Shown: piece by piece, positions 28,904 through 39,307 of the stretch | How positions within the stretch are numbered: the first letter of the stretch is position 1 | Layout of the letters: each line of letters starts with the position of its first letter | Assembly: GCA_949299195.1 (NCBI GenBank) | Contig: CASFZN010000018.1 | Span: 262,129-326,128, forward strand | DNA from: an uncultured bacterium | GTDB lineage: Bacteria; Bacillota_I; Bacilli_A; RFN20; CAG-826 | Length of the DNA stretch: 64,000 nucleotides | Direction of reading: 5' to 3' | Program-made: the position numbers and the translations under genes | The notes under the pieces: model-generated | What the model saw: the letters and a program-made list of their open reading frames with translations, nothing else | Told to the model about the DNA's origin: nothing | Databases searched by the model: none

Positions 28904-29326
28904 ATGAGAAAAATGTCTAAATTTCCAATTGGGGAAGAAAACGTTGCCTTTAAGGATTATTTTATTGGTGAATCTTACTTAGCCCCAATTTCAAATGAAT
29001 TGATATCTATTGCAAACGTGACTTTTGAACCTGGTTGTCGAAATAATTGGCATATTCATCATTCTAAAAATGGTGGAGGGCAAATTCTTATCTGTATTTT
29101 TGGTGAAGGAATTTATCAAGAACGGGGAAAAGATCCAATCTTTCTAAAAGAAGGAGATGTTATAAGTATAAAACCAGGTGTCAAGCATTGGCATGGAGCA
29201 ACTAAAAACTCATATTTCCAACATCTCGCAATCGAAGTTCCAGGTGAAGAAAATAAAAATGAATGGCTAGAACCGGCCGATGAAAAAGAATATGAAAAAA
29301 TAAATCATTTAAGAGGTAAACAATGA
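28904..29326 (+). CDS. Cupin-domain protein
   Basis: Cupin motifs NNWHIHHS...GGGQ and GDVISIKPGVKHWHGA. 140 aa. Confidence 0.65.
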   Translation: MRKMSKFPIGEENVAFKDYFIGESYLAPISNELISIANVTFEPGCRNNWHIHHSKNGGGQILICIFGEGIYQERGKDPIFLKEGDVISIKPGVKHWHGATKNSYFQHLAIEVPGEENKNEWLEPADEKEYEKINHLRGKQ

Positions 29327-29643
29327 AAAAAGTTACAGCAGGTAGAGACCAATTGAACGAATTTTCTCCTGATTTTGCCGAATTTAATGGTGATATTTTG
29401 TTTGGAAAAGTTTGGGCAAAAGAGAATGTAATTAGTCAAAAAACTAGGTCAATTTTAACCATTACAGTTTTAATTACTAGTGGAATTTTTGATTCATCTT
29501 TTGAACATCATATGCAAAATGCTAAAAATAACGGAGTATCAAAAAAAGAAATCGCGGATATTATCACACACATTGCTTTTTATACAGGTTTGCAAAAAGC
29601 CTGGGCCGCTTTTAGAGTTGCTAAAAAGATTTGGGAAGAATAA
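29323..29643 (+). CDS. Carboxymuconolactone decarboxylase (AhpD-like/CMD) family protein
   Basis: 106 aa with a CMD-like helix pattern. Overlaps the cupin gene stop by 4 nt. Confidence 0.55.
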   Translation: MKKVTAGRDQLNEFSPDFAEFNGDILFGKVWAKENVISQKTRSILTITVLITSGIFDSSFEHHMQNAKNNGVSKKEIADIITHIAFYTGLQKAWAAFRVAKKIWEE

Positions 29644-29758
29644 TTAAGTTTATTATCACTTTTTTCTTTTTTTAATTCAAAAATTAACTAAATTTTTTAT
29701 ATTGTCCTTTTTAAAAGAAATAAATTGAGTTTTATCACTCGTTAAGGGCAGTATTAAT

Positions 29759-29787
29759 TTGCGTACCATTATATATAATGGTAAAAT
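29759..29787 (+). promoter_or_regulatory. Candidate sigma-A promoter of secA (-35 TTGCGT, 17-nt spacer, -10 TAAAAT). The spacer is an 18-bp perfect palindrome, ACCATTATATATAATGGT
   Basis: Hexamers with the correct spacing about 30 nt upstream of the secA RBS. The palindrome occupies 29765..29782. Confidence 0.35.
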
Positions 29788-29817
29788 ATTCAAGATTTTT
29801 GAGGTTAAGAAAAAGAA

Positions 29818-32556
29818 ATGGGAAATGTTATTGATAAAATTTTTAGAGTAGATCAACGAATACTTAATAAATATAGAAAACAAGCAAAGAAGGTCATGGA
29901 TTTAGCTGATGATATGGCTAAATTAACTGATGACGAATTAAAACATAAGACTGTTGAATTTAAAGAAAGATTAGCAAAAGGACAAACCTTAGACGATATA
30001 AAAATCGAAGCTTTTGCTGTTTGTAGAGAAGCAGCAAAAAGAGTTTTAAACATGTATCCTTTCGAAGTTCAAATTATTGGTGGCTTAGTTTTACATGATG
30101 GCGAAATCGCTGAAATGAAAACTGGTGAAGGTAAAACTTTAACAGAAACTATGCCAACTTACTTAAATGCTTTAGAAGGAAAAGGCGTTCATATCGTTAC
30201 TGTTAACGAATACTTAGCACAAAGAGATGCTAACGAAATGGGTCAAATTTATCGTTGGTTAGGTTTAACAACCGGTGTTAACCTCCACGCTTTAACAAAC
30301 CCAGAGAAAAAACAAGCTCACGCATGCGATGTTACTTATACAATTAACTCTGAATTAGGTTTCGACTATCTTAGAGATAACATGGCTCCAACTGCTGAGC
30401 AAAGAGTTTTAAGACCTTTAAACTATGTTATTGTCGACGAAGCTGACTCTGTTTTAATCGATGAATCAAGAACTCCATTAATTATTTCTGGCGGATCCAA
30501 ATTCACCGCTACTCAATATCAAGTCGCAGATAGATTCTGTAAAATGCTTAGACCTTCAACTCCAGTTGATGAAGAATATAAAAACAAACATCCTGAATAT
30601 GTTCCAGATGGTGATTTTGAAATTGATGTAAAAACAAAATCTGTAAATCTTACCGATAAAGGTGTTGATAAAGCTGAACAAATGTTTGGTATTGAAAATC
30701 TTTATGCACCTCAATATCAAGAATTAGTTCATAGAATTCACCAAGCTTTAAAAGCAAACTATATCATGACTAGAGACGTTGAATATTTAGTTGATGATGA
30801 AGGTGAAATTCAACTTATTGATCAATTCACAGGCCGTGTTTTAAAGGGTAGAGAATATAGCGATGGCTTACAACAAGCTATTCAAGCGAAAGAAAATGTA
30901 AAAATTAAGGAAGAAACAACAACTTTAGCAACTATTACATATCAAAATTTCTTCAGATTATTCAAAAAACTTGCAGGTATGACTGGTACTGCAAAAACCG
31001 AAGAAGAAGAATTTAATAAGATTTATTCAATGAAAGTTGTTTGTATTCCTACAAATAGACCAGTTATAAGAAAAGACTTACCAGATTTAGTTTTTGCTAA
31101 TAAAGAAGCAAAAATGAAGGCTTTAGTTGAAGAAGTTAAAAAAGTTCATGCAACTGGACAACCAATCTTAATTGGCACACCTTCAGTCGAAGCTTCAGAA
31201 GAAGTTGCTGCTAGATTATCAAAAGCTGGATTAAGTTTTGAAATGATTAACGCTAAAAACCACTCTCGTGAAGCTGAAATTGTTGCTGATGCAGGTAAAT
31301 TGAATCACATTACTCTTGCAACAAACATGGCAGGTAGAGGTACCGATATTAAATTAACCCCTGAAACTAGAGAATTAGGTGGTCTTTATGTTTTTGGTTT
31401 TGAAAGACATGAATCACGAAGAATTGACAACCAATTAAGAGGACGTTCCGGTCGTCAAGGTGACCCAGGAACATCAAGATTCTTCGTTTCTTTAGATGAT
31501 GAATTAATGGTTAGATTTGCTAGTGATAGATTAAGAAATATGTTCTCTCAATTTGGCGATGAACCTATCGAAATGAGAATGTTAACTAATGCAATTACAG
31601 GCGCTCAAAAACGTATTGAAGGTCAAAACTTCGACGTCCGTAAATCATTGCTTGATTATGATGATGTTTTATCTAAACAAAGACATATTATGTATGCAAA
31701 AAGAGATCAAATCTTATTCGCTGCAGACATCGAAGACTTATTACTCGAACAATTTAAAGATTGTGGTAAAGCTTTAGCAAAAAGAGCAACTCAAAAAGAT
31801 GGCGCTTCTAATAGCGACGTTATTGATGGAACTGCATTAAAGAACCTTGCTACTCCTAGATTCCTTCCAGATGGTTCAATTAAACCTCAATTATGGGATG
31901 AAACTAGCGTTGAGGATGCAGCTGAAGATTTAACCGATCTTTTACTCGAAAACTATGAAAGCAAAAAGATTCAATGGGATAATCCAGATCTTGTTAAACG
32001 TTATGAAAGACAAATTTGTCTCCGTGTTATCGATAGAAACTGGACTCAACAAATTGATAATATGACAAGATTTAGAGAATCAGTTTCTTTAAGAGGATAT
32101 GCTCAAACTAACCCATTGCAAGATTATGTTAATGAAGGTTGGGCGTTATTTAGAGAAATGTTAGAAGTTATTTCATTAGAAGTTGTCTTAAATTTAATGA
32201 ACTTAAGAGTTGAAAAACGCGAAGAAAAGAAACAAGAATTTAACACTCAAATAGATGCTTCACAATCTCAAGAAGAAGCTAAGAAAGTAGTTGAGGAATC
32301 TAAAGAAACCGAAGGAATGAAAGTTTCTGTTAAAGAAGAAGGAGTAACTGATTCTGTTCCTCAAGCTCCAACTCCAGAAACTCCAAAAGTTTCTGAAACT
32401 ACTCCAACTATCGAAGAATCCTCGAAAGTTGAAGAACCAGTAAAAGAAGAGATTCCTCAAAAAGATGCTTCTAAGGCAAGTTTAAATATCTCTGATATTG
32501 ATAGCGATAAAGAAGCAGCTACAGAGCACGATTTTGATGATATTAGAACAAATTAA
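29818..32556 (+). CDS. secA: Preprotein translocase ATPase SecA
   Basis: Full-length DEAD-motor SecA (Walker A MKTGEGKT, DEAD-like VDEADS). The C-terminal ~130 aa is an acidic Ser/Glu/Lys-rich tail without the usual CxC...CH zinc motif. Confidence 0.97.
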   Translation: MGNVIDKIFRVDQRILNKYRKQAKKVMDLADDMAKLTDDELKHKTVEFKERLAKGQTLDDIKIEAFAVCREAAKRVLNMYPFEVQIIGGLVLHDGEIAEMKTGEGKTLTETMPTYLNALEGKGVHIVTVNEYLAQRDANEMGQIYRWLGLTTGVNLHALTNPEKKQAHACDVTYTINSELGFDYLRDNMAPTAEQRVLRPLNYVIVDEADSVLIDESRTPLIISGGSKFTATQYQVADRFCKMLRPSTPVDEEYKNKHPEYVPDGDFEIDVKTKSVNLTDKGVDKAEQMFGIENLYAPQYQELVHRIHQALKANYIMTRDVEYLVDDEGEIQLIDQFTGRVLKGREYSDGLQQAIQAKENVKIKEETTTLATITYQNFFRLFKKLAGMTGTAKTEEEEFNKIYSMKVVCIPTNRPVIRKDLPDLVFANKEAKMKALVEEVKKVHATGQPILIGTPSVEASEEVAARLSKAGLSFEMINAKNHSREAEIVADAGKLNHITLATNMAGRGTDIKLTPETRELGGLYVFGFERHESRRIDNQLRGRSGRQGDPGTSRFFVSLDDELMVRFASDRLRNMFSQFGDEPIEMRMLTNAITGAQKRIEGQNFDVRKSLLDYDDVLSKQRHIMYAKRDQILFAADIEDLLLEQFKDCGKALAKRATQKDGASNSDVIDGTALKNLATPRFLPDGSIKPQLWDETSVEDAAEDLTDLLLENYESKKIQWDNPDLVKRYERQICLRVIDRNWTQQIDNMTRFRESVSLRGYAQTNPLQDYVNEGWALFREMLEVISLEVVLNLMNLRVEKREEKKQEFNTQIDASQSQEEAKKVVEESKETEGMKVSVKEEGVTDSVPQAPTPETPKVSETTPTIEESSKVEEPVKEEIPQKDASKASLNISDIDSDKEAATEHDFDDIRTN

Positions 32557-32567
32557 TTAAGGTATTT

Positions 32568-33672
32568 ATGGATTTATTAACGATTAAAACTGAAATTGAT
32601 AAAAAGGAAGAGTTACTAAAGTCTCTTGGTGGCTCACTTTGACAATGCTGAGATAGTCGCTAGAATTCAAGAAATTGATGAATTATCTTTAAAAGAAGAT
32701 TTTTATAGTAACCAAAAAGAAGCAAAAAAACTTATTTCTGAAAGAAATGAATTAAATGATTCCAGAAATAAATATTTAAATTTATTACATAAAATAGAAG
32801 AATTAAAATCCTTATCAGCTCTTTTAAACGAGGACGATCAGGATCTTTTTCTCTTATATAAAAATGAAGCTAGTGAAGTCTTTAAAGATATCGATGAACT
32901 TAGAAGAAAAACACTTTTTAATGAAGAATATGATAGTTTATCTGCTATTTTAGAGATTCATCCTGGGGCAGGAGGAACAGAAGCTTGTGATTGGGCTAAT
33001 ATGCTTTTAAGAATGTATGAAAGATACGCAGATAGGAAAAAATTCTCCTTCAAAATATTAGATTTCCTTCTAGGTGAAGAGGTAGGAGTTAAATCGGTTA
33101 CTTTATTAATCGAAGGAAAATACGCCTATGGTCTATTAAAAGGAGAAAAAGGGGTTCATAGACTCGTAAGAATCTCTCCTTTTGATGCAAATAAAAGAAG
33201 ACATACGTCTTTTGCAAGTGTTAATGTATATCCTAAGTTTGATGATTCAATAAATGTTATTATTAATCCAGTAGATTTAAAAATCGATACTTTTAGAAGT
33301 GGAGGAGCCGGCGGACAAAACGTTAATAAGGTTGAAACTGCCGTTAGAATTACTCATATTCCTACCAATATAGTAGTATCGTGTCAAATTGAAAGAACTC
33401 AATTAAAAAATAAAGAAATCGCGATGAATATGCTTAAATCTAAACTTTTCGAATTAGAAGAAGAAAAGAAGAAAGCTAAATTAAGCGGGATTATTGGAGC
33501 TCAAAAAAATATCGAATGGGGCTCACAAATTAGATCATATGTATTCTGTCCTTATACTTTGGTTAAAGATAATAGAACAAATTATGAAGACAATCAGGTC
33601 GATAAAGTTATGGATGGAAATATCGATGGTTTTATTGATTCATATTTAGAAATGAAAGGAGACAAGAAGTAA
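32568..33672 (+). CDS. prfB: Peptide chain release factor 2, requiring a programmed +1 ribosomal frameshift (frame 0 covers 32568..32639, frame +1 covers 32641..33672)
   Basis: ATG 32568 encodes [24 protein letters not shown], then the in-frame UGA at 32640. The +1 frame continues ...[10 protein letters not shown]... through the SPF motif ([13 protein letters not shown]) and the GGQ motif. Confidence 0.9.
32637..32643 (+). promoter_or_regulatory. RF2 autoregulatory +1 frameshift site CTT TGA C
   Basis: The canonical CUU UGA C heptamer, with a GGTGG Shine-Dalgarno-like element a few nt upstream. Confidence 0.85.
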
Positions 33673-34784
33673 TGGGAAAATTATTAAAGGGTAAATTAAC
33701 TTGGAAGAATGTAAGAAAACAACTTTTAAAAAGTTTAGTCGTTTTAATAGGAACATTTTTAGTCGCTTTTGGATCATCTACCTTCTTAGTTCCTTTTAAT
33801 ATTATTAGTGGAGGACTTTCGGGTCTAGGTATTATTTTAGAAACGTTCATTCCTATCGGAATTGATGTGATTATTTTGATTCTTACCTGGGTTTTATTCT
33901 TTTTAGGATTAATATTCTTAGGTCCTACATTTGCGGCGAATACGCTTATTTCTACGATATTTTATCCATTATTTGTATCGTTAGTTTTAAGAACAGGAAT
34001 GGGTGAATTCTTAGTCGAACTTTTAATTAATGAATCTGTTACTATCTCTACGACTGATGATGTTTTAACTCTTGTTGGTTTAGAAACTCTAGAAACTGGA
34101 CGATTAATTTTGTGTGGTTTAGTTGGAGGAGCACTAGTTGGTTTTGGAGTTGGTATTACCTTTATAGGGGGCGGATCAACTGGAGGAGTCGATATTTTAT
34201 GCTTTATCATCAATAAATTTACAGGTATTAAAGCTTCAACAATCACTTTCTTAATTGATGGCGGTATAGTTTTAGCCGGCTTAATTATGAATATTGTAAA
34301 TAAGTCTTCTTATGGAGTTTTAGCAAGTTTAGTCGGTGTTTTCTCAGCAGTTTTATCTTCAATTATGATTGAGTTTATCTATGTTAGACGACTTGGCGCA
34401 TATTATGTTGATGTTATTACCGATAAATATGATGAATTAAGAGATAGAGTAATTGAAAATTTAGATAGAAGTGTAACTATTTATGATGTAGTTGGTGGAT
34501 ATACAAATGAACCAAAAAAATGTGTAAGAATCATTTTTTCTCGTGATGAACTTATTAAAGTAAAGGATTTAATTGCAGAAATTGATAATGAGGCATTTAT
34601 GATAATTGGTGAGTGTCAAAATGTTAATGGAGAAGGTTTTACACCATTAAAATCTTCTAAAGAAAATACATTCTCTGATATTAAAAAATTAGTCAGCGAT
34701 ACAAAAACTGATGAAGATATAAAAGAAGAAGTTAAAAAGGATGATAATGTTGAGGAAATAGTAAGAAATAAAAATGGAAAGTAA
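33672..34784 (+). CDS. YitT-family membrane protein (DUF161 transmembrane region + C-terminal DUF2179 domain)
   Basis: Multi-TM N-terminus and a soluble C-terminal domain (YTNEPKKCVRIIFSRDELIKVKDLIAEID) characteristic of YitT/YqfU. Confidence 0.65.
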   Translation: MGKLLKGKLTWKNVRKQLLKSLVVLIGTFLVAFGSSTFLVPFNIISGGLSGLGIILETFIPIGIDVIILILTWVLFFLGLIFLGPTFAANTLISTIFYPLFVSLVLRTGMGEFLVELLINESVTISTTDDVLTLVGLETLETGRLILCGLVGGALVGFGVGITFIGGGSTGGVDILCFIINKFTGIKASTITFLIDGGIVLAGLIMNIVNKSSYGVLASLVGVFSAVLSSIMIEFIYVRRLGAYYVDVITDKYDELRDRVIENLDRSVTIYDVVGGYTNEPKKCVRIIFSRDELIKVKDLIAEIDNEAFMIIGECQNVNGEGFTPLKSSKENTFSDIKKLVSDTKTDEDIKEEVKKDDNVEEIVRNKNGK

Positions 34785-36756
34785 AAGTTTTGAACTAATT
34801 TCTAGATTTAAACCTACTGGTGATCAGCCACAAGCGATCGAATCCTTATATGATGGTTTAAAAAATAATAAGAAATTCCAAGTTTTATTAGGCGCAACTG
34901 GAACTGGAAAAACTTTTACTATGGCTAATGTTATATTAAAGCATCAAAAACCTACTTTAATTTTGGTACATAATAAAACTTTAGCTGCGCAACTTTATCA
35001 AGAATTCAAAGAACTCTTTCCTAATAATAGAGTCGAATACTTTGTTTCAAACTTTGATTTTTATCAACCTGAAGCTTATGTTGTTTCTTCAGATACATAT
35101 ATTGAAAAAAGCGCGATGATGAACGAAGAAATTGAAATGATGAGAGTTAGCGCAATTAACTCTATTGTTTCAAGAAGAGATACAATCGTTGTTGCTAGTG
35201 TTGCTTCCATTTATGGATTAACTGATCCTGAAGAGTATAAGAAATTAGTATTTGAAGTTAGAGTTGATGAAGAAATTGAGAAAAAATCTTTCTATAAAAA
35301 ATTAATCGATTCTCAATATAAAAGAAACGATATCGATTTAGTTCCTGGAAGATTTAGAGTAAGTGGCGACACTATTTCAATTATGGGAGCCAATAATAGA
35401 GATGATTACATTCGAATTGAATTATTTGGAGATACCGTTGAAGGTATTTATAAAGTTAATTATCTCACTGGCGAAATTATTGAAAATTATCACACTTTTT
35501 CTTTCTTTCCTGCTTATGACCACGCTTCTACCCAAGAAAGAATAAATAAGGCATGCGAATCCATCATGAGAGAACTTGAAGACCGCTTAACTTTTTTTAA
35601 AAAAGAAGGAAAACTTCTTGAATATGAAAGATTAAACATGAGAACTAGACAAGATGTTGAATCATTAAAGGAATTTGGAATGTGCCCAGGAATAGAAAAC
35701 TATTCTCGTCATATTGATGGAAGAAAGGAAGGAGAAAAACCATTCTGTTTAATGGATTATTTTCCAAAAGATTATTTGCTTATAATCGATGAATCTCACG
35801 CTTCAATTCCTCAAATTAGAGGTATGTTTAATGGCGATAGAAGTAGAAAAACAACTTTAGTCGAATATGGTTTTAGACTTCCTTCAGCTTTAGATAATAG
35901 GCCATTAAATTTCGAAGAATTTGAAAACGAATATAACCAAGTCATTTTTTCTAGCGCAACTCCTGGAGATTATGAACTTGAACTTGCTAATCATGAAGTA
36001 AGTGAACAAATTATCCGTCCTACTGGCTTACTTGATCCAAAAATTGACGTAAAACCTACCTTAGGGCAAATCGACGATCTTATTTTTGAAATTGAAAATC
36101 GAATTAAAAATAAAGAAAGAGTTATGGTAGTTACTTTAACCATTAGAATGGCTGAAGATTTAACTCAATATCTTAAAAATAAAGGTATAAAAACTGTATA
36201 TTTACATTCTGAATGTAAAACTTTAGAAAGAAGTGAGATTATTTATCAACTTCGTAAAGGTAAATATGATGTACTAGTAGGAATTAACCTTTTAAGAGAA
36301 GGATTAGATATTCCAGAAGTTTCTTTAATCGCTATTTTAGATGCTGATAAAGAAGGCTTCCTTAGAAGCGAAAGAAGTTTGATTCAAGTTGTTGGTAGAG
36401 CTGCTAGAAACGCTAATGGCAAAGCAATAATGTATGCTGATAAAATCACTGAAAGCATGGAAAAAGCTATCAAAGAAACCAATAGAAGAAGGTTAATTCA
36501 AGAAGAATATAACGAAGAAAACGGGATTATTCCTACTACAGTTTATAAAGAAATTGTCGATCCAATTCATGCAATATTACATGAAGAAAAAGATGACAAG
36601 TTATTTAATAAAAACGAAAAATTAACTCGTAAAGAAATAGAAACAAAAATCAAACAAGTTGAAAGCAAGATGAAACAAGCTGCCAACAAATTTGATTTTG
36701 AAAAAGCTATTGAATATCGAGAGATTTTAATGGAACTTAAAGAGATGTTAAGTTAA
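34774..36756 (+). CDS. uvrB: Excinuclease ABC subunit B
   Basis: Walker A GATGTGKT, the beta-hairpin region, helicase motifs and the C-terminal UvrC-interaction helix. 660 aa. Confidence 0.97.
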   Translation: MESKSFELISRFKPTGDQPQAIESLYDGLKNNKKFQVLLGATGTGKTFTMANVILKHQKPTLILVHNKTLAAQLYQEFKELFPNNRVEYFVSNFDFYQPEAYVVSSDTYIEKSAMMNEEIEMMRVSAINSIVSRRDTIVVASVASIYGLTDPEEYKKLVFEVRVDEEIEKKSFYKKLIDSQYKRNDIDLVPGRFRVSGDTISIMGANNRDDYIRIELFGDTVEGIYKVNYLTGEIIENYHTFSFFPAYDHASTQERINKACESIMRELEDRLTFFKKEGKLLEYERLNMRTRQDVESLKEFGMCPGIENYSRHIDGRKEGEKPFCLMDYFPKDYLLIIDESHASIPQIRGMFNGDRSRKTTLVEYGFRLPSALDNRPLNFEEFENEYNQVIFSSATPGDYELELANHEVSEQIIRPTGLLDPKIDVKPTLGQIDDLIFEIENRIKNKERVMVVTLTIRMAEDLTQYLKNKGIKTVYLHSECKTLERSEIIYQLRKGKYDVLVGINLLREGLDIPEVSLIAILDADKEGFLRSERSLIQVVGRAARNANGKAIMYADKITESMEKAIKETNRRRLIQEEYNEENGIIPTTVYKEIVDPIHAILHEEKDDKLFNKNEKLTRKEIETKIKQVESKMKQAANKFDFEKAIEYREILMELKEMLS

Positions 36757-36824
36757 AGAAATCGATAGACTTATGATTAAAATCATAATAAAATTATAAA
36801 AGACTTTTTGGAGGATTATTATTT

Positions 36825-37127
36825 ATGCAATGGTACGATTGGATTTTCTGGGTCATTTGCTTAATTATTATAGTATTAGGATTACTTCAAGGTGGTAAGA
36901 GTGAAGGTGCTTCCGGAGCTATTACTGGTGGTGGACTTAATGTCTTCGTTAAAACCAAAGAAAGAGGAAGCGAAAAAATTGTTTCTTATTTAACCCTTGG
37001 ATTTGGTATCGTCTTCTTATTCTTAGCTTTACTTTCAAGTGTATTAACAACTGGAAGTGGAACAAGCGATAGTGGAGATACAACAACAACTGCAATAAAT
37101 GTTATTAATTTTTTAACTTTATTCTAA
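36825..37127 (+). CDS. secG: Preprotein translocase subunit SecG
   Basis: 100 aa with two TM helices around the Gly-rich loop LLQGGKSEGASGAITGGG, as in SecG. RBS GGAGG. Confidence 0.7.
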   Translation: MQWYDWIFWVICLIIIVLGLLQGGKSEGASGAITGGGLNVFVKTKERGSEKIVSYLTLGFGIVFLFLALLSSVLTTGSGTSDSGDTTTTAINVINFLTLF

Positions 37128-37150
37128 AAATAATTAATTTATTAAGTTAA

Positions 37151-37190
37151 AAACCGCATTCTTATATAAACTCTGAATGCGGTTTTTTTA
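37151..37190. terminator. Bidirectional rho-independent terminator (AAACCGCATTC ... GAATGCGGTTT with A/T tracts on both sides)
   Basis: An 11-bp GC-containing stem with an A-run 5' and a T-run 3', between the convergent secG and the membrane protein gene. Confidence 0.7.
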
Positions 37191-37227
37191 TTTCTTAATA
37201 AATAAATTTTAAAGTCTACTATTTTTC

Positions 37228-38241
37228 TTATTGAATTGGAGTTCTTAAGTATTTCATTGATAAATACATTGCTCTAAATCCATAACACATAACATAGAGT
37301 AATGTCATATAAGTGAAGGCTCCTCCCATTAAATAACCTATAATCATTGAAATAAGTGCAGGAGAGAGAGTGGAATGAAATCCAATACCCATACAGTGAT
37401 AGAACTTTAAGGTTCTATTTGGATTATTTTTGCCTCTACTCATAAGGAAGAAGATTAAAACAACAATTAAGGTAATACCAGCATTAACTCCTAAGATAAT
37501 TCCAGTATAAATTCCAACCGTTTGACCTCTAATGTCTAAATAACCTAAATCAGTAAATTCATAGAAATTAGATAAATAAACTTCACGTTTTTCACTAATT
37601 GGAGCATCGCTAGAAGAGATACCTTCTTTTATATAATCTTTAAAGGAAGAAATATCATCCATATGATTATATCCTCCAGTTGTAGCAGCAGTAGTTTGAA
37701 GGGTTGAAGGATTAATAACACTAATTTGATAAGTACTAGTTCCAAAGAAAATAGTAGATTGTAAATTAGGATTATTATCACGAATACTTGTAATTTGAGT
37801 ATTCATATCAGGATTACCTTCACTAGTATTTAAAAAATAAATATCAAGTCGATAATTAGAAGCACTATCAATATTATCTTTAGTATAGGTATAAACTAAA
37901 GAGTTGGTGCTATTTCCAACACTACTCATCTTATGATCAACAATAGTTAAATCGTTACTTTCAGTATCATCAACATAGGATAATAATGCTTCAGCAATAA
38001 TATCGTTACTAGTACCGCTAATAGCGCTTGAACCATTTCTTGTAGCTTCAGTTGTTAAAGTAGGAAGTGCAGAAATAAAAATAGAAACGAAGAATACTAA
38101 AATAGAAATTCCCCAATATCTAATACCTAATTCTTTACAAACGCCATTATTTATTAACGACCTAAGCCAAAAAGTAACTTTTGACCAATTAAATTTTTTC
38201 TTTTTTACATTTTTTTCAACTTTTACACTTTTTTTAGCCAT
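37228..38241 (-). CDS. Hypothetical membrane protein (N-terminal TM, ~200-aa Ser/Thr/Asn-rich extracytoplasmic domain, 3 C-terminal TMs)
   Basis: Long ORF with an RBS. Topology inferred from hydrophobic segments. No family recognised. Confidence 0.45.
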   Translation of the reverse strand: MAKKSVKVEKNVKKKKFNWSKVTFWLRSLINNGVCKELGIRYWGISILVFFVSIFISALPTLTTEATRNGSSAISGTSNDIIAEALLSYVDDTESNDLTIVDHKMSSVGNSTNSLVYTYTKDNIDSASNYRLDIYFLNTSEGNPDMNTQITSIRDNNPNLQSTIFFGTSTYQISVINPSTLQTTAATTGGYNHMDDISSFKDYIKEGISSSDAPISEKREVYLSNFYEFTDLGYLDIRGQTVGIYTGIILGVNAGITLIVVLIFFLMSRGKNNPNRTLKFYHCMGIGFHSTLSPALISMIIGYLMGGAFTYMTLLYVMCYGFRAMYLSMKYLRTPIQ

Positions 38242-38315
38242 TAATTTTTACCTCAATGCTTTAATAGTATATACTATTAAAGACATTTTTAAAATAAATT
38301 ATTTAGGGTAAAAAT

Positions 38316-38714
38316 ATGGATAAAAAATATCAAAAATGCATTCTTACAAATATGTGTATGGTCTATAAAAATGAGATGATTCTCGTGGTTAATAGGAAAA
38401 AGAGTGATTGGCCGGGAATTTCTTTTCCAGGAGGTCATGTTGAAAGTAATGAAACTATTTTAGAAAGCGTAATTAGAGAGATGAAAGAAGAAACTAATTT
38501 AGATATTAAAAACCCTAAATTATGCGGAATTTATGAATGGAAACGGGAAGAAACTAATCGTTATATTGGATTTTTATATAAAACTGATGAATTTGAAGGC
38601 GAATTAAAATCTAACGAAGAAGGAGAGCTTTTCTGGATTAATAAACATGATTTAAATAAATATGAATTAAGCCAAGATTTCGATGAATTATTTGAAATTA
38701 TGGATAAAAATTAA
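38316..38714 (+). CDS. NUDIX hydrolase
   Basis: Nudix box GGHVESNETILESVIREMKEETNL. 132 aa. Confidence 0.8.
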   Translation: MDKKYQKCILTNMCMVYKNEMILVVNRKKSDWPGISFPGGHVESNETILESVIREMKEETNLDIKNPKLCGIYEWKREETNRYIGFLYKTDEFEGELKSNEEGELFWINKHDLNKYELSQDFDELFEIMDKN

Positions 38715-38763
38715 CCTTAAATATCGATTTTTTAAATAAATCCCTATATAATTAAAAAAACCT

Positions 38764-39138
38764 GGGGATGTCTTGGTTTCGACATGAATGAATTGAGCAT
38801 TATACGCAGTGGAGTTGTGACCTAATCACTAAAAAATATCTGGCAACAGACAATCTTTAGCACTCGCTTGCTAGTTAATTACTAGTAATTGTTTATAGGC
38901 CATAAGGTTTGGCCTTTGAGTGACAGATAGTAGATTAACAGCTTCTTTAGTTTATTATCTGGAGTATTTAGAAGCTAGTTTAGATGATGATTATAGTCTA
39001 GATGAAGTTTATATAATCTATGGAATATTGAAATTTGTTACATTTAATAAATATTCTTAATTCTTTAAATATAACTAAACTGTAGAGGTAATGTGGGATT
39101 ATTTGTGGACCGGAGTTCAATTCTCCGCATCTCCACCA
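38764..39138 (+). ncRNA. ssrA: tmRNA (SsrA), ~375 nt
   Basis: 5' end GGGGATGTCTTGGTTTCGACA and the 3' tRNA-like end GGACCGGAGTTCAATTCTCCGCATCTCCACCA. The tag ORF after AAATATCT reads GGC AAC AGA CAA TCT TTA GCA CTC GCT TGC TAG, giving (A)GNRQSLALAC. Confidence 0.85.
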
Positions 39139-39307
39139 AGTACGTTTTATTCGATATTTATCGTTATTTTTAAATAAATATCGTATTAATATAAATTAAA
39201 AAAGAGGAAAAAGGAAATGAATAAAATATCAAGATAAAAGGCATATAGTAGAAATCTAATTATGCCTAAAAAGAAAATTAAAAAATAAGCTTGGAGGCGT
39301 AATAGTT

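Noticed and set aside
15711-39175. Shared 14-mer CGATATTTATCGTT at 15713 and 39162
   Set aside because: In 64 kb of ~29 % GC DNA several chance 14-mer repeats are expected. There were only two copies and no consistent context.
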